Virus record (IMG/VR): IMGVR_UViG_3300042503_002084
DNA length: 20,000 nucleotides
Source: an uncultured virus (IMG/VR IMGVR_UViG_3300042503_002084)
Lineage: Duplodnaviria; Heunggongvirae; Uroviricota; Caudoviricetes
Reading direction: 5' to 3' (one strand)
Position numbers and translations under genes: made by a program. Positions 8,708 to 16,241 of this stretch are shown here, in pieces. Numbering within the stretch: the stretch's first letter is position 1; every line of letters begins with the position of its first letter. The notes under the pieces are model-generated. The model ran no database searches, was not told the DNA's origin, and was given only the letters and a program-made list of their open reading frames with translations.

Positions 8708-8926
8708 TATGTGGGTCATACACCCGGGTCAAGCGAGGCCCGAAGGGCCGAGCGTAATACTTGCTCCTTTATAAAGTAATACGCTCGCCAGACCTTGCGG
8801 TCCGCCTCGCTCAGGTCCCGGACTTAGTTGCGGTCATACAGGGCGCACTAAAAACCCGGCCTTTCTGGACCGGGTCATACGAGCCCCGAAGGGGCGAGTA
8901 CTTGCTCTATATAATGTCATACGGAA

Positions 8927-9898
8927 TTAATCCTCATCCATAACATACGTACTGGTTCCCCAGTTACCTATACTTGTTGGTTGTCCATCTACCGTAAGTG
9001 ATACAATGATCTTGCGAAGATCTACTGGCGATTGCTCGAAGAAGTCAACAATGGGTTTGGCCATGGCGTTTATTAATACACTACCTAAACCCATAAAAAG
9101 ATTTTTTTCACGAGGTCCTAAATCGTTGTCACTGTCTGACACTACCCTACCCTTTGAAACTGGGTGCTCCCCATCCATGAATAGATTTATTCTTATGTTG
9201 TATTTGGCGGATAGTTCGTTGGCTTTAAAGTGAACCGCTTTGTCTGGGTAACAACGAACGGTATAAGTTAATGGAGGGATCTTGTTTACCCTGCTAGCGC
9301 CAGCAACTCTTATTAACCTCCTCATCTCACCGAAGTAACCATTCCTGGTATCGTCATCCTCCATGTTTTTAAACACTGGTCCGTCCAGGTCCAGGGAAAT
9401 GGTCATCTCCTGGTTCACCTTATTGAAGTAATCAGTGTAACGTTCCAGTTTATTGAACTTCCTTTCATTGCCGGCTATGAATGCGTCCAGGTCAAACCTC
9501 TTTATGCCCTGAAGGCCCGCCGCTACGTTGTCAAATGATATGATCGTCTTAGAAGCGTTCGTCAGATTAGCGAAGTTGATCTCATGACCATATGAGTCGA
9601 TCCAGATCTTGTTCACCAGAACCTTGACTGGTTCTTTATAGTTGCGAAGCATGATCTTAATCCTGGTGATCGCGTAGTCCAGGAGATCCTTATCAATATA
9701 TGACGGTTCATTCAAGATGGTAAGGATTACCCCGCTGGCGAGAGTGCTGTTGGTGGCTGATGACATCCCATCTGCGAAAGATACGAAAATCCTGTATTTA
9801 TAGTGGCCGTCTTCGAAGACCTTTCCACGAGTTTCTCTGTCAAGTACTGCCGCTGCTTCTGCAGCAGTAATGTTGGTTTTAAAATCGTCTGTGCTCAT
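8927..9898 (-). CDS. Hypothetical protein (~323 aa)
   Basis: Long ORF; ATG 9898 preferred because TATTTAT (9912-9906) overlaps ATG 9907. Confidence 0.8.
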   Translation of the reverse strand: MSTDDFKTNITAAEAAAVLDRETRGKVFEDGHYKYRIFVSFADGMSSATNSTLASGVILTILNEPSYIDKDLLDYAITRIKIMLRNYKEPVKVLVNKIWIDSYGHEINFANLTNASKTIISFDNVAAGLQGIKRFDLDAFIAGNERKFNKLERYTDYFNKVNQEMTISLDLDGPVFKNMEDDDTRNGYFGEMRRLIRVAGASRVNKIPPLTYTVRCYPDKAVHFKANELSAKYNIRINLFMDGEHPVSKGRVVSDSDNDLGPREKNLFMGLGSVLINAMAKPIVDFFEQSPVDLRKIIVSLTVDGQPTSIGNWGTSTYVMDED

Positions 9899-9924
9899 AG
9901 TATACATAAATAGTTGTTATCAAA

Positions 9925-9987
9925 TGTTCCGCACGTACCTGAAGTGCCGGTTGTTCCACTAGTTCCGGTTGTTCCCCTGGTACCGGA
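9925..9987. repeat. Seven degenerate 9-bp tandem units with GTNCC core
   Basis: TGTTCCGCA CGTACCTGA AGTGCCGGT TGTTCCACT AGTTCCGGT TGTTCCCCT GGTACCGGA. Confidence 0.65.
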
Positions 9988-9989
9988 TT

Positions 9990-10023
9990 AAAAAAAGGGA
10001 GCCCAGTGCGACCTGAACCCCCT
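9990..10023 (-). terminator. Rho-independent terminator
   Basis: AGGGGGTTCAG-gtcgca-CTGGGCTCCCT then a T run on the - strand. Confidence 0.75.
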
Positions 10024-10054
10024 AAACTAAACTAAAGCAAAAACGAAGATCGAA

Positions 10055-10234
10055 TTACTTTCCGAGAATCTGATTACGGTACTGAACCGCCTTTCTCTTA
10101 GAAGTTAGATTCTTAGAGTAGCGTGTGCCATTCTTGATTACTCGTACGCGGTACGATGTACCGTCGAAATAGATGTTCGGGCCTACAGATTCGTAAACCG
10201 TGGTGCGACTTTGGGTCATTTTTTTTGTTGCCAT
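10055..10234 (-). CDS. Small basic AP2/integrase-arm-like DNA-binding protein (59 aa; not in ORF track)
   Basis: MATKKMTQSRTTVYESVGPNIYFDGTSYRVRVIKNGTRYSKNLTSKRKAVQYRNQILGK; has its own leader (AACAATCATG), promoter and terminator. Confidence 0.7.
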   Translation of the reverse strand: MATKKMTQSRTTVYESVGPNIYFDGTSYRVRVIKNGTRYSKNLTSKRKAVQYRNQILGK

Positions 10235-10254
10235 GATTGTTAATTTTTATATAC

Positions 10255-10286
10255 CTAATATACAAAAACTAATTGGCATAGTCAAG
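10255..10286 (-). promoter_or_regulatory. Bacteroidota-type promoter
   Basis: CTTG-N20-TATATTAG upstream of ATG 10234. Confidence 0.45.
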
Positions 10287-10317
10287 TCCCTGATGCAAAA
10301 TAAAACGGCACATGTGC

Positions 10318-10455
10318 CTATAGCGCATCTGGAGGATACCAGTCGTTCCAGTCGTACTCAGTGTAAGTCAACTCTTTAGACGGCTCGGGGATACACTTGT
10401 GCCGCCTAGTAAATTTGTTAAAGATCTTTTTTAGCCGGGTCAGTAGGGCTTTCAT
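10318..10455 (-). CDS. Small hypothetical protein (45 aa; not in ORF track)
   Basis: MKALLTRLKKIFNKF...TEYDWNDWYPPDAL; A-rich leader. Confidence 0.5.
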   Translation of the reverse strand: MKALLTRLKKIFNKFTRRHKCIPEPSKELTYTEYDWNDWYPPDAL

Positions 10456-10479
10456 ATTGATGGGTTTTTGTTTGCTGTC

Positions 10480-10797
10480 TCATCGGGACGTCTCCAATTC
10501 AAACTGGTGACCCAACAGTATATCTTTTATATGGGCCAGTTCATAGATGGTCAATCTCTCCAGTTGAACCTCTTCACCTGTAGTGTCATACGAATCATAA
10601 ATTACCGTTCCATCCTGCTTGAGGTCCTTGGCTGCGTATGACGCAAATATTTCAACATCTATAATCTCCTCCAGCAATGTAATACCAAACGGGCTGTTGA
10701 ATAGTAATACACTGTCTGGCGGGTATGACGAGAGTATCTCTCGAATGTCCTTGACTATTTTTTCCTGCAGGTCCTGCACTTCTTGCTTCGCTGACAT
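10480..10797 (-). CDS. Hypothetical protein
   Basis: 105-aa acidic ORF. Confidence 0.75.
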   Translation of the reverse strand: MSAKQEVQDLQEKIVKDIREILSSYPPDSVLLFNSPFGITLLEEIIDVEIFASYAAKDLKQDGTVIYDSYDTTGEEVQLERLTIYELAHIKDILLGHQFELETSR

Positions 10798-10803
10798 AAT
10801 TAA

Positions 10804-11079
10804 TTATTTTAAAAGTAATGATTGTATGGATTTAGCGTCCTGTTTTGTGAAATTTTCGGCAATCAGTATTACATTACCGAAATGATAGAAGATCATAGTG
10901 CTGCTAATGATCTGGTTATCGATCAGCATCCTGATCTCCTCCTTAGGGATCTTGAGCGTACTGAACCTGATCAGGTTATCGTTTCGTCTCTTCCAGGTGA
11001 AGTACTTGTCATCCACAGTTATAATATCAGGGGTCAGCACTGAGCCGCCCCTGGTTATTGATGATTTAAATGTTGGCAT
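10804..11079 (-). CDS. Hypothetical protein, possibly bacterial PH-like domain
   Basis: 91 aa; beta-rich pattern with a C-terminal helix (FTKQDAKSIQSLL). Confidence 0.6.
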   Translation of the reverse strand: MPTFKSSITRGGSVLTPDIITVDDKYFTWKRRNDNLIRFSTLKIPKEEIRMLIDNQIISSTMIFYHFGNVILIAENFTKQDAKSIQSLLLK

Positions 11080-11096
11080 AAAAAAAATTTAGGTTT

Positions 11097-11128
11097 GCAA
11101 ATTACAAATCATTTCTTGATATCACAAA
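11097..11128 (-). promoter_or_regulatory. Repeated early promoter, class 1 (embedded in the 3' end of GP88)
   Basis: TTTG-TGATATCAAGAAATGATTTG-TAATTTGC; its TAA is the GP88 stop codon. Confidence 0.7.
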
Positions 11129-11857
11129 ATTATTCTTTTCTAATTTATTACGGACCTTCTTATACTTGAGTCCGACGATCACATTACCTGGATCAACATA
11201 TCGCATGTCATATGCATCCCCGTCGATAACTTCGCGGCCCCAGAAGTGAGTGGGTACCTCTTCGAACACTACAGCCAGGCGGATGTTTTGTTCCAGGGCT
11301 AGCATTGCTTTATCTAGATTCCTGCCACTGTAAGAAAAAGTTAGATCATAGTTAGGATATTTCTGGATCAATTCAAACCTGCGATCCACCTTAGTGTAAT
11401 CATAGAACTGTAGATCCGGAAAGATCTGAAGTATATTCTTTCCGCCGGCGTGAAACTGTTCAGGGCTTAGATCACTAGTTCCGTTGAGACGAACACTAAA
11501 TGTCATACCTGCAGCGATCGCCTTTGCATGGGCTGCCTGGATCTCATCGATAAGCCAGGCCATAAAGAAATTACGCTCTTCGAAGAATAGTTTCGTCTTC
11601 TTGATCCTGGCGGCGTTGATCGTGTTCTTATGGATGTCGATCCTATTGTGACCTGATTCATTTAAACAGGCCCGCGTGCATTCAGCGCTGCGCATCGGAC
11701 AAACTTCGTACCCGCTGCTGTCGGCCGGCGCCAGGTACAGGATATATGTGGCCTCATTATATTTTAAACCCTTAGCCATTTTAGACGAAGTCGCAACCCC
11801 GCCTAGGTATGACAAACCAGTTAATTTTTTTGCTTGTGCTCTGTTAGTGTACTGCAT
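11102..11857 (-). CDS. GP88-family (phage gene product 88, radical-SAM-like fold) protein
   Basis: LYLAP, CP.....C...CL...G, RLNGTSD, FYDYTK, YDLTFS and IDGD..D.R..D motifs. Confidence 0.85.
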   Translation of the reverse strand: MQYTNRAQAKKLTGLSYLGGVATSSKMAKGLKYNEATYILYLAPADSSGYEVCPMRSAECTRACLNESGHNRIDIHKNTINAARIKKTKLFFEERNFFMAWLIDEIQAAHAKAIAAGMTFSVRLNGTSDLSPEQFHAGGKNILQIFPDLQFYDYTKVDRRFELIQKYPNYDLTFSYSGRNLDKAMLALEQNIRLAVVFEEVPTHFWGREVIDGDAYDMRYVDPGNVIVGLKYKKVRNKLEKNNFVISRNDL

Positions 11858-11881
11858 GATGTTTAAGTTTAGTTTAAGAAT

Positions 11882-11926
11882 GCAAGTTAAGAATAATTCT
11901 TGATATCACAAAAAAAATGATGTTAA
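11882..11926 (-). promoter_or_regulatory. Repeated early promoter, class 1, with upstream TTAACA box
   Basis: TTTG-TGATATCAAGAATTATTCT-TAACTTGC (19-nt spacer). Confidence 0.8.
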
Positions 11927-11955
11927 AAAAACCAGGGACATATTTCAGCCCCTGG
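11925..11955 (-). terminator. Rho-independent terminator
   Basis: CCAGGGGC-N8-GTCCCTGG then T7. Confidence 0.75.
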
Positions 11956-11975
11956 GAACTCTACTAAACATCAAC

Positions 11976-12527
11976 CTAAGAACTAACAACCAAAGATTCT
12001 AAAAATTCTTTTTGAGTATTTGTAATCCCGAAATCAATACTGATTCCAACGATCTTATTTTTATCTTTAAGAACATACACTGCGTACATCCCATCGCCTA
12101 TTCCGCTGCTGCTGACGATGCCTCCGTCATACGAACCCCAGCCCTTACCTCCTAGTGTGAACTTACACATCTTAGTGTACCAATCATCACCGTCTTGGCG
12201 TATAGGTAATACGAAGTCAATCTCAGGACTTTCGATCTCCTCTGCTACGGCGTCGTTTCTGTATGACGCCATATCAAAGATTCCTGCTTGACCCGAATCC
12301 ACGCCAATGTCGGACAGAGCGTACCATCTTTTATTTTTTCCAACATAGTTCTCGTGTATTACTACGAGGGACATAATCCTTTGACCCCATTCCCCTAAAT
12401 CCTGGCGGTTCGCATTCGCCAGGTAGGTTCCAGGTAATACATTACTAACCTTGGTTTGACACCAGGTACCAATTGAGTAGCAAGGATCGCTGATCATTAC
12501 TTCTCCTGATAATTTAATTTTGTTCAT
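11976..12527 (-). CDS. DUF4241-like protein
   Basis: ISDPCY, GVDSGQAGIFD and SSGIGDGMY motifs. Confidence 0.75.
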   Translation of the reverse strand: MNKIKLSGEVMISDPCYSIGTWCQTKVSNVLPGTYLANANRQDLGEWGQRIMSLVVIHENYVGKNKRWYALSDIGVDSGQAGIFDMASYRNDAVAEEIESPEIDFVLPIRQDGDDWYTKMCKFTLGGKGWGSYDGGIVSSSGIGDGMYAVYVLKDKNKIVGISIDFGITNTQKEFLESLVVSS

Positions 12528-12545
12528 TTTGCTTTAATTTAGTTA

Positions 12546-12576
12546 CAAAGTTAAGAATAATTCTTGATATCCTAAA
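12546..12576 (-). promoter_or_regulatory. Repeated early promoter, class 1
   Basis: TTTA-GGATATCAAGAATTATTCT-TAACTTTG. Confidence 0.8.
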
Positions 12577-12760
12577 AATTTTTATGGAAGTAAATGTCTT
12601 CGTTCACCTCTTTAAGATTAAAATCCTCAGCCAGTTCTTTGAGTAATTTAATCTGGTCGTGGGCCGAATGAGGAGTCGCAGGTCCTATGCCGGTGTCACG
12701 GAGGAATTCTAGATGGCTGATCTTTGCCTCCACCCAGAGTTTTAACATTAGTGGGTTCAT
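12572..12760 (-). CDS. Hypothetical protein
   Basis: 62-aa ORF. Confidence 0.65.
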   Translation of the reverse strand: MNPLMLKLWVEAKISHLEFLRDTGIGPATPHSAHDQIKLLKELAEDFNLKEVNEDIYFHKNF

Positions 12761-12771
12761 AGTATTGGGGT

Positions 12772-13116
12772 TTAAAAGTGCTCTGTTCCAGAATGTTCTT
12801 CGGTTCTCACATACCAGTAATTGTCCAGAGTGGTAATATAATTGTCTAGGTCCAGTTTAACGGTGCCGGTACTCCCCTCATCATTGAAGTTTGGATTACC
12901 AGATTTATCAAACACTTCAAAACAATAATCCTCAATTAAAGATTGTATAGTGCCGTGTTCGGTTTTAATTTCTTTTTTGTCTTTATCATATACTTCTATT
13001 GAATAAAAGTCATCAAACGCATCGCCAGAACCAGAGTAACTAATTTCAATTATTGATGCTTCTGGTAAGTGTTTTTTTAATTGTTCGTAGGTCTGTTTTT
13101 TTAAAGATTCGCTCAT
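12772..13116 (-). CDS. DUF6878-like protein
   Basis: YSGSGD and NDEGSTGTV motifs; adjacent to a DUF6915-like gene, its usual partner. Confidence 0.6.
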   Translation of the reverse strand: MSESLKKQTYEQLKKHLPEASIIEISYSGSGDAFDDFYSIEVYDKDKKEIKTEHGTIQSLIEDYCFEVFDKSGNPNFNDEGSTGTVKLDLDNYITTLDNYWYVRTEEHSGTEHF

Positions 13117-13134
13117 TTTATTTAGATTTAAAGG

Positions 13135-13554
13135 TTAGTCAACATAAATTGTTTTTCTTTTCTCCATCTCTCCTGCTATAATCCCATCAGGGAAGCGCAA
13201 CTTGGCGGAAGCAGGTGGTTCTCCTAAACCATTGTTCATCCAAGATTTAAGTTGCAGGTTCTCCAACCAGTCCTGCGGAGTAGGAATATATTTCATATGG
13301 TAATCTTCAAGAATGTGAAGTTCGCAGATATTTTTAACATCTACCTGCTTCCCGCTGGAATTTGTTATTTGTTCACCAAAGAGCGGGATAATAACTTCAA
13401 AGATAAAGAACATATTGTGTGTTAGCAATCTGTGTCTGTTATCTGGAAAATACTTCTTGCTGCAATCCATCTTGCTGTGGATTGCTATATAATCTTCTGG
13501 TGCACCACCCCAGCGCTTTGCTGATGATTCTGCGTGGATTCTTGGACTGGACAT
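13135..13554 (-). CDS. DUF6915-like protein
   Basis: HAESSAKRWGG..EDY..IH..MD.SK, RHR.L.H and E.HI.ED....IPT..DWL motifs. Confidence 0.8.
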   Translation of the reverse strand: MSSPRIHAESSAKRWGGAPEDYIAIHSKMDCSKKYFPDNRHRLLTHNMFFIFEVIIPLFGEQITNSSGKQVDVKNICELHILEDYHMKYIPTPQDWLENLQLKSWMNNGLGEPPASAKLRFPDGIIAGEMEKRKTIYVD

Positions 13555-13570
13555 ACTAGTAAAGTTTTTG

Positions 13571-13602
13571 TGAAGTTAAGAATGTTTCTTGATATCAAGA
13601 AA
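13571..13602 (-). promoter_or_regulatory. Repeated early promoter, class 1, with perfect 18-bp palindrome
   Basis: TTTCTTGATATCAAGAAA at 13585-13602; -7 element TAACTTCA. Confidence 0.75.
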
Positions 13603-13861
13603 AAATAATTTTATCATATGCATCCGTGTCGATCTCATCCTGATCATTTAATATAACATCCTGCCCTTCTTCTGCCAGGTTACTGGGAAGATACCCAGCA
13701 CCATCTAGTATTTCTTCCGCCGTGATGGTGAAGGTTCCTTCATTCTTTAACTCGGATAATATTCCGTAATTATGTACAAAATCTTTACAGATGTCGTAAT
13801 CAAAGAACCATTCAATAAATGCTTCCCTGTTAATCTTTAAGGTTGGTTTTTTCTTTGCCAT
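13595..13861 (-). CDS. Hypothetical acidic protein
   Basis: 88-aa ORF. Confidence 0.75.
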   Translation of the reverse strand: MAKKKPTLKINREAFIEWFFDYDICKDFVHNYGILSELKNEGTFTITAEEILDGAGYLPSNLAEEGQDVILNDQDEIDTDAYDKIIFS

Positions 13862-13916
13862 GATTGTTTAGTTTAGTTAGTTATTATTTGTACCTGGTGA
13901 GGTAGCCAGGTAAAGG

Positions 13917-14696
13917 TTATCCAGACCAATACATATAGAACTCCTGTGGGTTCTCGTGTGCCAGAATAAACTCAATCGTTTCCTGTACAACTTCTAACGC
14001 CTGTATGTAATACCTCACACCACTTTCATTTTTATATACCACATATGTACAAGGTCTTTCACCCATCATTGTTTCGATACCTGGAATTAAGGCCACAACT
14101 TTAATAGGTTCACCCATGTGGAACTCACCGTTGATATTGCTATAAGAATTAAAACCACTATGTGTTTCCAATTCATTTTCAAATATACGGAGTGCTTCCG
14201 CCGATGAGGATACATTAGGTTTACTGAATAAGTTACCAGAAGCGGTTAGAACCTGATAACCATTATCCCTTCTTAATTCCGCCAGAACTTCTTTCACATT
14301 TATTAACGCCTGTTCATAATTTGGCGAAACTTCACCACCATCTTCGATTTCAAATATTTCAAACAGGGTTGGTAAACCTTTGTTTTCGAGTATCCTGTTA
14401 ATACCAGAACCATTGTATGACGACCTGAAATAACCAATCTGGAAGTTATGGTCAGGATGTAAATCACTAGGTAGTTCTATCTTTTTCTTATAGGTAATAT
14501 CTTCACCGTAATCACCCAACCCCAATTCGTTGGCTTTGATATTAAGTTTGTTCCTGATTGCAATTTTATCATCTTCGGGAACATCTTCATACTTTCTATT
14601 ACCCCACAGTTGGTCGGAGTATTCTTCATACATCTTTTCGTTTGCTTTTGATTTCTTGTAGTCCGTAATACGGTACAAATAAACATCTAGTCCCAT
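13917..14696 (-). CDS. Phage hypothetical protein (MGLDxY...WS family)
   Basis: 259 aa; N-terminal MGLDVYLY and GYFR motifs; ends YMYWSG. Confidence 0.8.
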   Translation of the reverse strand: MGLDVYLYRITDYKKSKANEKMYEEYSDQLWGNRKYEDVPEDDKIAIRNKLNIKANELGLGDYGEDITYKKKIELPSDLHPDHNFQIGYFRSSYNGSGINRILENKGLPTLFEIFEIEDGGEVSPNYEQALINVKEVLAELRRDNGYQVLTASGNLFSKPNVSSSAEALRIFENELETHSGFNSYSNINGEFHMGEPIKVVALIPGIETMMGERPCTYVVYKNESGVRYYIQALEVVQETIEFILAHENPQEFYMYWSG

Positions 14697-14719
14697 GATT
14701 GTAAAGTTTAGTTAGGTGT

Positions 14720-14750
14720 GCAAATTAATAATAATTCTTGATATTCCAAA
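14720..14750 (-). promoter_or_regulatory. Repeated early promoter, class 1
   Basis: TTTG-GAATATCAAGAATTATTAT-TAATTTGC (19-nt spacer). Confidence 0.8.
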
Positions 14751-14760
14751 AGTTTTTTTA

Positions 14761-14790
14761 ATCCCCGCCGCAGGTTACCACAGCGGGGAT
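14761..14790 (-). terminator. Intergenic stem-loop (terminator or stabiliser)
   Basis: ATCCCCGCTGTGG-taac-CTGCGGCGGGGAT with G-U pairs on the - strand; no adjacent U run. Confidence 0.5.
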
Positions 14791-14795
14791 ATATT

Positions 14796-15110
14796 TTATA
14801 CTCTTTCCAGTTTGAAGAATATAGGTTTGATCTTTTTTAGATCAGTTACCGCTGAGGCGTTCTCACCTTCCGGCGTGCTGCCAAAGATAATCCCGCTGCC
14901 CATGTACTCTCTATTGAACAGCGTGAAACCAAGTTCTGTCCCGTTAATTAATCCTTCCTCATCCACATACATGGTATCGCCGGTTTCTTGATCATAGTGG
15001 CCAACTTCGATCATTTCCACATTCAATGAACGGTAGATCCCATCAAGATCACCTTTGTGTTGTATTTCTGTAACTGTATGATTTACAGCGTCTATTAATA
15101 TTGCTCTCAT
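14796..15110 (-). CDS. DUF3846-like protein
   Basis: YVDEEGL motif and G.GII.G....GE. Confidence 0.75.
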   Translation of the reverse strand: MRAILIDAVNHTVTEIQHKGDLDGIYRSLNVEMIEVGHYDQETGDTMYVDEEGLINGTELGFTLFNREYMGSGIIFGSTPEGENASAVTDLKKIKPIFFKLERV

Positions 15111-15115
15111 GTTTT

Positions 15116-15376
15116 TTAAATTACTGGTAAAATATAATTGTTATCACCTTCTTTGCTGTAATGTAAAGATCCTGCATCATTGCCCTCATCATCTGCTGAT
15201 GGGTACAGTAAAGTATTATCATCTAGTTGGATCACTAGGGCTTTACTGTAAAAGCCAAGATCTTCCTGCTCGCTGTCTAGCATATAACGAACTTTAACAA
15301 TCTTGCGATTAAGTAAAACGCTTTCTGCTTTTTTAACCCACTTGTCTAAAATTGGGTCATGTTTTTCTGCTGCCAT
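15116..15376 (-). CDS. Phage hypothetical protein
   Basis: PSADDEGNDAGSL motif. Confidence 0.75.
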   Translation of the reverse strand: MAAEKHDPILDKWVKKAESVLLNRKIVKVRYMLDSEQEDLGFYSKALVIQLDDNTLLYPSADDEGNDAGSLHYSKEGDNNYILPVI

Positions 15377-15381
15377 GATTT

Positions 15382-15813
15382 TTAGTTTTGATAGTTTAGT
15401 AATTCGTTATATTCATTAGTTATGAAATGGTTTGCTTCTGTTGGCCAATTCTCAACTACGAAAGAAATATTAGTTCCATATAATTCGCCATCTTCAATAA
15501 ACACTTCTGCTTCTAATCCACCACTAGAATGTGATACAGTTCTATTATCGTTGGTTGGGTCTTTTTGTTGAAGCAATTCAAGTGCTTCTATCATAGCACC
15601 TTCTAAAAGTTCATATGCTTTATCTTTTAGTTCTTCTTGTGATGGTGAACTATCTGCGCCATCCCATGTCCAATCTAGGAACTCCATTACTTTTTGTACT
15701 TTGTCCCATTCCATCCATGCAATGTTTTCAGCAATCAATTCGGTTGGTGTTTTCTTACGATTAACAAAATCGTGTATGACACTTTTCTGTTTGGTTGTTT
15801 TTTTCTTTGCCAT
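15382..15813 (-). CDS. Phage hypothetical protein
   Basis: KV..VM.FLDW.W and SSGGL motifs. Confidence 0.75.
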   Translation of the reverse strand: MAKKKTTKQKSVIHDFVNRKKTPTELIAENIAWMEWDKVQKVMEFLDWTWDGADSSPSQEELKDKAYELLEGAMIEALELLQQKDPTNDNRTVSHSSGGLEAEVFIEDGELYGTNISFVVENWPTEANHFITNEYNELLNYQN

Positions 15814-15831
15814 AGTTTAAAGTTTAGATAG

Positions 15832-15887
15832 CGAAGTTAAGAATATTTCTTGATACCAAGAAAATGTTTTGTTAAATGTTTGTTAAA
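15832..15887 (-). promoter_or_regulatory. Repeated early promoter, class 1, with two TTTAACA boxes
   Basis: TTCTTGGTATCAAGAAATATTCT-TAACTTCG; boxes at 15870 and 15881. Confidence 0.75.
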
Positions 15888-16045
15888 GTACTTTGCTCGT
15901 TCAGGAAATCCTGACCTACATCTTCGGGTAGATATGCTAGTAATACATCGTGGGGAACCTGGTCTAACATTGTTTCCAGGGGTTCGTAATTTCCGATCGA
16001 GAAATCCACCTTAATGGTTTCGATTACCAATTCAGTAAGTGACAT
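15872..16045 (-). CDS. Hypothetical protein (57 aa; not in ORF track)
   Basis: MSLTELVIETIKVDFSIGNYEPLETMLDQVPHDVLLAYLPEDVGQDFLNEQSTLTNI. Confidence 0.65.
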   Translation of the reverse strand: MSLTELVIETIKVDFSIGNYEPLETMLDQVPHDVLLAYLPEDVGQDFLNEQSTLTNI

Positions 16046-16230
16046 ATGTCTTTTTTTAATTGTTTGAAAATATTGGTTGTAGGTTGGTTGTAGGTAATAA
16101 CATTACCCTCGTAATACCTCATGGGTTCTACATATGCGCTAGACACTTTGTATTCTTTAACCCACTCATTACAATCCGGTCTGTCCGCCGGAGCCGGTAA
16201 AGTTCTTTGGATGTTTAATTTCTTTTCCAT
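16024..16230 (-). CDS. Hypothetical protein
   Basis: 68-aa ORF. Confidence 0.65.
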   Translation of the reverse strand: MEKKLNIQRTLPAPADRPDCNEWVKEYKVSSAYVEPMRYYEGNVITYNQPTTNIFKQLKKDICHLLNW

Positions 16231-16241
16231 TTGATTAAATT

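Larger units (their letters stand above)
8335..8910. repeat. Four hairpin modules CGGGTC-AAGCGAGGC-[hairpin]-CGAGCG
   Basis: Copies at 8335-8371, 8725-8754, 8782-8821 (inverted) and 8871-8898 (degenerate); CGGGTCAAGCGAGGCC is identical at 8335 and 8725. Confidence 0.8.
8278..8926. other. GC-rich structured non-coding junction between convergent arms (candidate origin, terminus or packaging/injection signal)
   Basis: No credible gene; contains repeats, hairpins, DnaA boxes and 11 GTMATAC sites. Confidence 0.7.

Noticed and set aside
8895..8925. dif-like XerCD site
   Set aside because: Only a weak match (about 7/11) to the XerD arm and no convincing XerC arm
8396..8943. ORFs 8396..8668 (-) and 8761..8943 (+) in the junction
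   Set aside because: Atypical composition, no typical leader, and they run through repeats and hairpins; probably chance ORFs in GC-rich DNA
10306..10404. Long-range stem CGGCACATGTG/CACTTGTGCCG as a possible ncRNA or tRNA
   Set aside because: No cloverleaf; the interval is explained by a 45-aa ORF and the local palindrome GGCACATGTGCC
4912..14968. TCATCCACA near-DnaA boxes at about 4912, 11009 and 14960
   Set aside because: Single mismatched sites inside genes, all explained by GTG GAT GAN codons (Val-Asp-Glu/Asp)
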